DNA of 64,000 bases from Candidatus Latescibacterota bacterium (GTDB taxonomy: Bacteria; Latescibacterota; UBA2968; UBA8231). The translations under genes were made by a program, and so were the position numbers. Positions 56,012 to 64,000 of this stretch are shown here, piece after piece (position 1 is the first letter of the stretch; every line of letters starts with the position of its first letter). The stretch covers positions 5,856,001-5,920,000 of the forward strand of contig CBDETY010000003.1 of the NCBI GenBank assembly GCA_965243025.1, written 5' to 3'. The notes under the pieces were generated by a model. That model saw only the letters and a program-made list of their open reading frames with translations. It was not told where the DNA came from and did not search any database.

Positions 56012-59000
56012 TCAGCTCTCCTTCCGCCCCGAGAACGGCTTCGCCTTCCCTTCGGCGACGAACCTCTCGAACACCCCCCTGGTATCGCTCATCAGCTGCC
56101 TCAGCTCCTCCTCCAGGGCTTTGCCGTCGGCCGTACCCAGGGTCCGGGCAAGCCTTTCCAGCTCGGCGCCGCCGGGCAGGGCGGTGATCGGGCGGTTGCC
56201 CATCATGCGGAACCCCTTCTCCACCTCGCGGAAGCGGTCGTAGGCCGGCAGCAGGACCTGCCCGTCCTCGCGGCCGATCAGGCCGCTCTCGAGCAGCCGC
56301 ACCAGCCGCGGGCGGGTGCCGCTCGTCGCCAGGCCCGGCGTGGTTTTCCCGTGGGTGATCAGCAGGATCTGGGCGATGAACTCGATGTCGGTGATGCCGC
56401 CGCGGCCGCGCTTGATGTCGACGCTTCCCGGCTGCACCGACTCCTTCAGCCGGCCGTGGATGTCGACGAGGCGCTCGAAGCGGTCACCGTCAACGGGGTC
56501 GCGGAAGAGGAAGGTCCCGATCGCCCGCTGCACCTTCCCGCACAGGGCCGGATCGCCGGCAACGGGGCGGGAGCGGGACAGGGCGAGCCGCTCCCAGTCG
56601 ATGGCGCGGGTCTTCAGGTAGCGCCGGTACCCGGCCAGGTCTATGGCGATCGGCGCCCTTCTGCCCTCGGGGCGCAGGCGCGCGTCGACCTCGTAGGACA
56701 TCTCCTTCAGGGTCTGCATGAAGACCTGGGCGAGCTCGCTGAAGAACTCGTTGTTGTCGACCGACCTGCCGGTCTGGCCGGCGGCCCCGTACACGAAGAA
56801 GAGATCGAGGTCGGAGCCGAAGTTGAGCTCGCGGCCCCCGTACTTGCCGGCGGCGAGGCAGGCGAACCCGACCTCGGCCCCGCGCCGGGACCGCGGCCGT
56901 CCGCGCCGCTGGACGCAGCTGCGCCAGGCGTGGCGGAAGGCGATCCGCACCATGCTGTCGGCGAGGTCGGACAGCTGCAGGAAGGTCTCCTCCGGGTTCG
57001 ACAGGCCGAGCAGGTCTTCGGCGCCGATGCGCAGCAGCTCGCGGTTGCGGTAGCGGGCCGCCGCTCCCAGGTCGGGAGCGCCTCCCTCGGGCGCGGCTCC
57101 GCCGGCGGACAGGACCGGGGTGACGAGGCGGTCGAGCAGCGCCGGATCGCGCACCACGAGGTCGGTCAGGTACTGGCTGGCGCCGCAGATGGAGATCAGC
57201 ATCCGCCGGAACTCGGCGTTGCTCTCGAGGAGCTGCAGGAAGATCCCTGGCGCCCCGTAGGCGCTTATGACGCCGCGCAGCCGCACCAGGGCCTGCAGGG
57301 GATCGGGCGAGGCCCCGAGGCCGGCGAGCACTCCCGGGATCATGGCTCCGAAGTTGCGCCGCGCAAGCTCGGTCATCATCGGCTCGGAGCTCATCTCCGC
57401 CAGGATCTTGCGGGCCGGCTCCGGGGCGTCGAAACCCAGGCCCCCGAGCCGTTCCTCGATCGCCTCCGGATCGGCGGTCAGCCAGTCGAGGTCCCCCCCG
57501 TCGGCGGCCGGCTCGGGGAAAAAGACGTCGTCGTAGATCGCCCGCACGCGGGCCAGGTGGCCCTGGATCTCATCGTCGAGAGCGTCCTCGCCGTCGAGAT
57601 CGAGGGCGGCGGCCAGACCGGTCCGGGCCTCGGGGGAGTCCGGGACCTGGTAGACGGCCCGGTCCGACTCGATCTGCAGGAGGTTCTCGAGCCGGCGCAG
57701 GAAGCGGTAGGCGGCCCGCAGGTCGCGGGCCTCTGACGCGGACAGCGTCCCGGCCGCCCGCAGCCTCGATATCGCCTCGAGGGTGTTGCCCGAGCGCGCC
57801 CGCCGGTTGGCCCCCCCGCTGATCAGCTGCAGGCACTGGACGGCGAACTCGATGTCGCGGATTCCCCCGGGGCGCAGCTTGATGTTCTCGGGACTGCGCG
57901 ACTTCTCGACTTTGGCCTCGATGCGCTGCTTGACGTGCCGGATCTCCCGCTGCGGCGCCTCCTCGAGGCGGCCGGGATAGACGAAGGAGACCAGCATCTG
58001 CTGGAACTGCCTCCACAGCCGGACCGAGCCGGCGGCCCGCCGCGCCTTTATCAGCATCTGCCGTTCCCACAGCTCCCCACGGGTCTCGTAATGGACCCAG
58101 TAGCTGCGCATCGAGCGCACCAGGGGGCCGCGCAGGCCGTCGGGCCGCAGGCGCATGTCGACCCGGTACAGACTCCCATCCACGGTCACCCGGGTCAGCT
58201 CGCGGATCAGGGTCTCCCCGAGGCGGGTGAAGAACTCGTAGTTGTCGGTCGGCTGGCTCCCCTCGGCCGCGGCCGTGCCCTCGCCGTCGTAGACGAAGAG
58301 GAGGTCGACGTCGGAACTGAAGTTGAGCTCCTCGCCGCCGTACTTGCCGAGGGCGACGACGCAGAAGCGGGCGCGCCGGCCGCGGTGGTCGCGGGGAACC
58401 CCGTAGCGTTCCTCCAACTGCCGGGTCACGGTCTCGAGGACGGTTTCGAGAACGAAGTCCGCCAGCCAGGCCAGCTCCGCCCCGATGCGGGCGACGTCCT
58501 TGAGGCCGAGGATTTCGGAAGCCCCGAGGCGCAGCAACTCCCGCCGCTGCCCCCGCCGCAGTTGCTCGAGGCCGGCTCCGCCGGGAGCCCTCAGGTCGAA
58601 GTCGCGGCGCAGGCTGGCTCCCAGCCGCCTGCGGTCGAGGGCGCGGCGGAGAAACGGGGTTTCCTCGAGGAGCCAGTAGAGGTACCCGGGATCGCGGACC
58701 AGGATGTCGGTCAGCAGGGCGCTGTGCCCGAGGAGGGCGAGCAGGCCGTCGCAGAGGGGACCGGAATCGGCGAGACGGCGGTAGAGGGTGAAGGGGGCTC
58801 CGCCGGCGCTGGCGAAACGCTCGAAGTGGCGCAGCGCCCGGTCGGGACGTCCGCAGACGGATGCGGAGACCAGCACCTCGGGGGGCGGTCCCGTGGAGGA
58901 TTCGGCGGACTTTTTCCCGCGGCCCCGGGGCCGGCGCTGCGAACCGCCGGTACCGGCGGCCTCGTGGAGCCGCTCGAGGATGAGGCCGGCCTGCTCCGGC

Positions 59001-59098
59001 TCGCTGAAACCGAGCCGCTTCAGCGAGCCGGCGGCCCCCTTTCCAGCCAAGGCCTTGCGGGCGAGTGCCAGCAGCGGCCCCCGGTCTGCGTCCCGCAT
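56012..59098 (-). CDS. glnE: bifunctional glutamine synthetase adenylyltransferase/adenylyl-removing enzyme
   Basis: Two GKYGGxELNFxSDxDL nucleotidyltransferase motifs, VDMRLRPDG, KLRPGGIRDIEF, KRGRGGITDIEF. Confidence 0.93.
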   Translation of the reverse strand: MRDADRGPLLALARKALAGKGAAGSLKRLGFSEPEQAGLILERLHEAAGTGGSQRRPRGRGKKSAESSTGPPPEVLVSASVCGRPDRALRHFERFASAGGAPFTLYRRLADSGPLCDGLLALLGHSALLTDILVRDPGYLYWLLEETPFLRRALDRRRLGASLRRDFDLRAPGGAGLEQLRRGQRRELLRLGASEILGLKDVARIGAELAWLADFVLETVLETVTRQLEERYGVPRDHRGRRARFCVVALGKYGGEELNFSSDVDLLFVYDGEGTAAAEGSQPTDNYEFFTRLGETLIRELTRVTVDGSLYRVDMRLRPDGLRGPLVRSMRSYWVHYETRGELWERQMLIKARRAAGSVRLWRQFQQMLVSFVYPGRLEEAPQREIRHVKQRIEAKVEKSRSPENIKLRPGGIRDIEFAVQCLQLISGGANRRARSGNTLEAISRLRAAGTLSASEARDLRAAYRFLRRLENLLQIESDRAVYQVPDSPEARTGLAAALDLDGEDALDDEIQGHLARVRAIYDDVFFPEPAADGGDLDWLTADPEAIEERLGGLGFDAPEPARKILAEMSSEPMMTELARRNFGAMIPGVLAGLGASPDPLQALVRLRGVISAYGAPGIFLQLLESNAEFRRMLISICGASQYLTDLVVRDPALLDRLVTPVLSAGGAAPEGGAPDLGAAARYRNRELLRIGAEDLLGLSNPEETFLQLSDLADSMVRIAFRHAWRSCVQRRGRPRSRRGAEVGFACLAAGKYGGRELNFGSDLDLFFVYGAAGQTGRSVDNNEFFSELAQVFMQTLKEMSYEVDARLRPEGRRAPIAIDLAGYRRYLKTRAIDWERLALSRSRPVAGDPALCGKVQRAIGTFLFRDPVDGDRFERLVDIHGRLKESVQPGSVDIKRGRGGITDIEFIAQILLITHGKTTPGLATSGTRPRLVRLLESGLIGREDGQVLLPAYDRFREVEKGFRMMGNRPITALPGGAELERLARTLGTADGKALEEELRQLMSDTRGVFERFVAEGKAKPFSGRKES

Positions 59099-59108
59099 GA
59101 GAATCCGG

Positions 59109-59516
<408 letters not shown>

Positions 59517-59584
59517 TTAATTGCTCGCGTGGCACACAATGTAAGAAACCGGCACGAACTGCCCGAAATCCGCGGCCTGCGGCG

Positions 59585-60163
59585 ATGAGCGAGGGGGAAG
59601 GCGGCTTCCCGCGGCGGCTTGTGCCGCGGCTGTTCATCGCCCAGAAGGAGCGGCCCGGCCACCTGGGGGAGATCGACCTCGAGGCGCTGACCCCGTTCGA
59701 GCGCGGACTGCTCGTCATCGTCGGCCTGGTGACCCAGTTCATCGAGGCGCACCAGCTCGAAGCGGTCGACGTCGAACAGCTCTCCCAGGAGAGAATCGCC
59801 CTGGAAGAGGACCAGCCCTGGCTGGAGGCGGCCTTCGGCGACCTGGTGGCTTCGCGCTCGGTGCTGCTGACCGGGGCGGCCAGCGGCAGGGTGTACGTTC
59901 ACGGGCAGGCCCTGATCGTCGAGGAGCGCCTGCCCCCCGGGATGCGGATCGCCCTCGCCAGACCGGATCTCGGCATCGGCCGCGCCCTGCGCCGGGAGCG
60001 GATCGAGCTGTACGGCGACCTGCTCTGGTGCGGAACGGAGCAGGTCGACCTTCCGGGACTGCCCTCCGACCGCGCCGTGGTCAGCCGCACCTACCGCTTC
60101 GTCACCGCGGGAACCCCGTCGATGCTGATCACCGAGCGCTTCGCCCTCCAGGGGAACAGCTGA
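59585..60163 (+). CDS. chorismate pyruvate-lyase-like (DUF98) protein
   Basis: FERGLLVIVGLVTQFIEA, GIGRAL, SRTYRF, LITERF. Confidence 0.65.
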   Translation: MSEGEGGFPRRLVPRLFIAQKERPGHLGEIDLEALTPFERGLLVIVGLVTQFIEAHQLEAVDVEQLSQERIALEEDQPWLEAAFGDLVASRSVLLTGAASGRVYVHGQALIVEERLPPGMRIALARPDLGIGRALRRERIELYGDLLWCGTEQVDLPGLPSDRAVVSRTYRFVTAGTPSMLITERFALQGNS

Positions 60164-60175
60164 GCAGGAGCTTCC

Positions 60176-61426
60176 ATGAAACAGGAGATGAAAAGGCTGA
60201 AACGGCCTGCCGCCTTCGCCGCGGCGGCCCTGGCGCTGCTGGCGCTGCCCCCGTGGGCGGACCGGACCCGGGGAGAGGACTGGCCCCAGTGGCGGGGCCC
60301 GAACCGGGACGGGGTCTCCCGGGAGACGGGGCTCCTGAGCCAGTGGCCGGAGGAGGGCCCCCCGGTGGTCTGGAGGGTTCCGGGAGGCGAGGGGTTCTCC
60401 AGCGTCTCGGTCGCCGGGGGCCGCGCCTTCACCATGGCCGCTTCCGGCGAAGACGAGTTCGCGCTCTGCCTCGAGGCGGCGACCGGGAAGCAGCTCTGGA
60501 AGCGCCGGCTCGGCGAGAAGTTCACCGAAGGGCACGGGAACGGACCGCGCTCGACGCCGACAGTGGAAGGGGACAGGGTGTTCATCCTCGGGTCGCGGGG
60601 CATGCTGACGGCGCTGAACGCCGGCACCGGGGAAACCGTGTGGGCGTCGGACCTGCGCGAGGTTCTCGGCAGCGGCCTGCCGCCCTGGGGGTTCGCCGCC
60701 TCGCCGCTGGTCGAGGGGGAGCTGCTGATCGTCCAGGGGGGTAAGGGAGGGTTCCACTGCATCGCAGCCTTCGACAAGCAGACCGGGGCGGTGGCCTGGA
60801 CTTCACACAAGGACGGAGGCGACTACTCCTCGCCGATCGCGGTCACCGCGCGCGGGGCGAGGCAGGTGCTGTCGCTTACCGAGCACGCCCTGGTGTCGCT
60901 GGCGCCGGCGAGCGGCGAGCTCAACTGGCGCTACCCTTTCAAGGAGAACCTCAACATCGCCACCCCTCTTCTGGTGCCGCCGGACCAGGTCTTCATCTCC
61001 TCCGCCTACGACAAGGGGGCGGCCCTCGTCGAGATGACCGGGGGACCGGGGGCCCTCGGGGTCGAAGAGGTCTGGTTCCGCCGGGAGATGAAGAACCTGT
61101 TCAGCTCCTCGGTGCTGCACGACGGCCATATCTACGGCTTCGACAACGCCATCCTCAAGTGCATCTCCGCGGCGGACGGGGAGACGCGCTGGCGCCAGCG
61201 GGGCTTCAACAACGGCTCGCTGATCCTCGCGGACGGACACCTGATCGTCCTCGGGGGGGAAGGAGAGCTGGCCCTGGTCGAAGCCGCCCCTGACGCCTTT
61301 CGCCGCAAGGCGGGGTTCCAGGTGGTGACCGGGAAGTGCTGGACCGCCCCGTCCCTGGCCGACGGCAGGCTCTTCCTGCGCAACCAGGAGGAGATCCTCT
61401 GCCTCGACCTGGCCGCCGGGGGCTGA
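60176..61426 (+). CDS. PQQ-binding-like beta-propeller protein
   Basis: Signal peptide, DWPQWRGPNRDG, repeated W-containing blades, WTAPSLADGRLFLRN. Confidence 0.88.
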   Translation: MKQEMKRLKRPAAFAAAALALLALPPWADRTRGEDWPQWRGPNRDGVSRETGLLSQWPEEGPPVVWRVPGGEGFSSVSVAGGRAFTMAASGEDEFALCLEAATGKQLWKRRLGEKFTEGHGNGPRSTPTVEGDRVFILGSRGMLTALNAGTGETVWASDLREVLGSGLPPWGFAASPLVEGELLIVQGGKGGFHCIAAFDKQTGAVAWTSHKDGGDYSSPIAVTARGARQVLSLTEHALVSLAPASGELNWRYPFKENLNIATPLLVPPDQVFISSAYDKGAALVEMTGGPGALGVEEVWFRREMKNLFSSSVLHDGHIYGFDNAILKCISAADGETRWRQRGFNNGSLILADGHLIVLGGEGELALVEAAPDAFRRKAGFQVVTGKCWTAPSLADGRLFLRNQEEILCLDLAAGG

Positions 61427-61583
61427 GCCCGGCAATTACCGGAGTTCCTTCCAGATCATTTCAGCCGCCTCCGGCCCAGACTTGATCCAACGAAATCGTT
61501 GCAAAGCGACAATCTCCGCCCCCGGGGCGAGTCCCCGTGAATACCGCCACTCCTGATCCTGCCGGCACCCGGAGGCCGGAACC

Positions 61584-63479
61584 ATGACCAGAATCGAGGC
61601 GAACATACCGTTTGTCGAGCCGCCGGAATGGGCCCTGCTCGAGCGCAGCCTCATCGACCTGATGGACGAATCGGTCGCCCCCGTGATGGAGCGCTACGTG
61701 CGCGGCGACGGCTCGGTGATGTGGCCGACCAGGGAGGACTTCACCGGCATCGACGGCCTCGACGACGCCTACGAGAGCTTCCACAACTGGCCGCTCTTCT
61801 ACCTGATGGGAGGAGGAGACCACCTGCTCGAGTACTCCCACCTCGCCTGGGAGGGGATCACGCGGCAGTTCAGCCGTTACGGCACCGGGCACGGGCACCC
61901 GATGGTGGTAAAGGAGTTCGAGCAGGGGTACGACTGGATGCACATGGGGGAGGGGTACGCCTTCTTCTACAACCTCTGCCTCGCCGACCCGGGAAACGAG
62001 CGCAACGCCGAGAGGGCGAGGCGCTACGCGGGATTCTACCTCAACGAGGACCCGGAGGCGCCCAACTACGACCCGGAAAAGAAGCTGATCAAATGCGCCC
62101 ACAACGGCTCGATGGGGCCGGCGTTCCGCAACTTCGAAAAGCATTACACCGTCTACCGCTACGATCAGTGGAAGCCCTGGCCCCTGCCGTATTACGACCT
62201 GCCCGGAATCGACTCGGTCGAGGATCTCCGGAAGCCCGGAATGGAGGAGCTGATGGGGCGCACCCTCGTCGAGCGCATGGGGCGCGGGGACGTCGCCACC
62301 AACCTCGGCGCCAACACCCTGGTCGCCAACGCCTACCTGTTCGGGGGCGAGGCGAAGTACCGCGACTGGGTGGTCGAGTACACGGAAAGCTGGATGGACC
62401 GCGCCCGGGAGAACGGCGGCGTCATTCCCGACAACGTCGGCCTGTCGGGGAAGATCGGCGAGTACATCGACGGCAAGTGGTGGGGCGGCTACTACGGCTG
62501 GACCTGGCCGCACGGCTGGCACCTGATGGCAGATTCGGTGACCGCCGCGGCCGAGAACGCGAGTCTGCTGTGCCGCGATTCCGGGTACATGGACTTCCCG
62601 CGCTCGCAGATCGACCTGCTGATGGAGAAGGGGGAAAAGCGCGGCCTGACCGTGTACGCCCCGCATCACTACCACGACAAGGGATGGGACGGGTACGGGC
62701 CGCTGCATCCGGCCCCGATGACGCACATCTGGCAGATGACCATGGGACCCGGCGACGCCGACCGGCTCATTCAGCAGCGCAACCACGAGTCGGACGACTG
62801 GCGCCGCATCCGCTCGCACGGCTCCAAGCACGGCGCCGGCCACGAGGCCGCCTGGTTCTCCTGGCTCAGGGGGGAGTACCCCGGGTTTCCCCTCGACATC
62901 CTGCGCCACAACCTCGCCCAGGTGCACCAGCGGCTGGCGTTCATGCGCGACGACCGGCAGGACCCGGCCACCTACGGCGACTGGTACCTGCAGGTGCGCA
63001 ACCCGATCACCGTGGAGGGGCTGCTGCAGCTGACCATGGGCGGGCCGCTCTACCTCTACAACGGCGGCCTGCAGGTGGCGCGGCTGCGCTACTTCGACTG
63101 CCACCGCCGCCGTCCCGGGCTGCCGCGCGACGTCGCCGCCCTCGTGGAGGTCCTCGAGAAGGACCGCGCCGTCGTGCAACTGGTGAACCTCAGCGCCACC
63201 GAGCCGCGTGAGATGGTGGTGCAGGCCGGCGTCTTCGGCGAGCACCGCTTCACCGGGGCCTCCTGGCAGCAGCGCCGTCTCCTGAGCGCCGAAGAGGCCG
63301 CCGCGGGCCAGGCGCACGAGGCCCAGTTCCGGGAGGTGGTCGAGGGGCAGCTGGAGAAGCGGACGGTGGAGGTGAACGACCGCCGCTTCACCGTCGGGCT
63401 CGCCCCCGGCGCCGGAATTCGCCTCGACCTGGGGATGGAGCGGTTCGCCAGCGAGCCGTCCTACTCCCAGCCCTGGTAG
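61584..63479 (+). CDS. conserved hypothetical protein (aromatic-rich, possibly an alpha/alpha barrel)
   Basis: 631-aa ORF with strong codon bias and GGAGG RBS; DGLDDAYESFHNW, YDWMHMGEG, WWGGYYGWTWPHG, RRPGLP. Confidence 0.75.
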   Translation: MTRIEANIPFVEPPEWALLERSLIDLMDESVAPVMERYVRGDGSVMWPTREDFTGIDGLDDAYESFHNWPLFYLMGGGDHLLEYSHLAWEGITRQFSRYGTGHGHPMVVKEFEQGYDWMHMGEGYAFFYNLCLADPGNERNAERARRYAGFYLNEDPEAPNYDPEKKLIKCAHNGSMGPAFRNFEKHYTVYRYDQWKPWPLPYYDLPGIDSVEDLRKPGMEELMGRTLVERMGRGDVATNLGANTLVANAYLFGGEAKYRDWVVEYTESWMDRARENGGVIPDNVGLSGKIGEYIDGKWWGGYYGWTWPHGWHLMADSVTAAAENASLLCRDSGYMDFPRSQIDLLMEKGEKRGLTVYAPHHYHDKGWDGYGPLHPAPMTHIWQMTMGPGDADRLIQQRNHESDDWRRIRSHGSKHGAGHEAAWFSWLRGEYPGFPLDILRHNLAQVHQRLAFMRDDRQDPATYGDWYLQVRNPITVEGLLQLTMGGPLYLYNGGLQVARLRYFDCHRRRPGLPRDVAALVEVLEKDRAVVQLVNLSATEPREMVVQAGVFGEHRFTGASWQQRRLLSAEEAAAGQAHEAQFREVVEGQLEKRTVEVNDRRFTVGLAPGAGIRLDLGMERFASEPSYSQPW

Positions 63480-63540
63480 CAAGGGATTCGTCCCCTGGGA
63501 CCGCGGAAACAGCCCCCATCCAAAAAGCGAAGGAAGCAGC

Positions 63541-64000
63541 ATGCGCAACCACCCGATGGACGGAATCGAACGCGAGAACATTGCCATCACCGACATCGAC
63601 GTCATTCCCCTGTCCTACGTCGACCCGGGGGGCGATCTGTGGCGGTGCGGCAACTACCAGGTCTGGAAGACCGACGGCGCCATCACCCGGGTCTTCACCG
63701 ACCAGGGGATCGTCGGCATCGGCGAAGGCTCCCCCTACGAGGGGCCGGAATACATCAGGGAGTACACCGAGCGGAACATCAAGCCGCTGCTGCTCGGCAA
63801 GAATCCCTTCGACGTCGAGTTCCTCTGCAACCGCGGCAATTCCGACCGCCACAGCCGCGCCCCCTGGGCCGGGGTCGACTGCGCCTGCTGGGACATCATC
63901 GGCAAGGCCAGGGGGTCCCGGTCAGGACGCTGCTGGCAACCGGCGACGAGGGGGCCGTCGACGAGATCGGGATCTACGCCAGCGGCGGCGTCGAGCACGT
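63541..64000 (+). CDS. mandelate racemase/muconate lactonizing enzyme family protein (partial; apparent frameshift at ~63911-63915)
   Basis: VFTDQGIVGIGE, LLGKNPFD, AGVDCACWDIIGKARG; continues in the -1 frame as GVPVRTLL...IYASGG. Confidence 0.85.
   Translation, partial: MRNHPMDGIERENIAITDIDVIPLSYVDPGGDLWRCGNYQVWKTDGAITRVFTDQGIVGIGEGSPYEGPEYIREYTERNIKPLLLGKNPFDVEFLCNRGNSDRHSRAPWAGVDCACWDIIGKARGSRSGRCWQPATRGPSTRSGSTPAAASST

Overview
GC-rich bacterial chromosomal window with about 52 CDSs. I found no rRNA, tRNA, CRISPR array or transposase. The DUF4159, PQQ-propeller and enolase-superfamily content is reminiscent of FCB/Latescibacterota-like genomes, which is a weak inference. Housekeeping and metabolic genes include map, dnaE, dut, class I fructose-bisphosphate aldolase, aceE, glnB-glnE, the nucleotide-sugar genes wecB/uxs/ugd/rfbB, an SLBB export protein, an RND efflux trio, a xanthine-dehydrogenase-family molybdoenzyme with MoaD, and a Lol-like ABC system. 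An accessory block (~45.2-56.0 kb) holds a PPP phosphatase, vapBC, a CusCBA-type copper/silver efflux operon and an AAA-DUF4143 ATPase. The main finding is the last gene of the cus operon (54418-54753), a PCYCGC-family protein with an in-frame TGA where the first Cys of the family's CxxC sits. This gives a U-R-Q-C motif, and a bacterial SECIS-like hairpin follows directly, so it is a probable selenoprotein in a metal-efflux operon that the ORF track truncates. The operon also has a Cys-rich, Pro-rich leader-type ORF and a second Cys/His secreted accessory protein. Also noted: a gene remnant upstream of the SLBB gene, a 1-nt frameshift in the final gene, a C-terminally extended MoaD, and several candidate operators and promoters. 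All family assignments come from motif recognition, not database searches.
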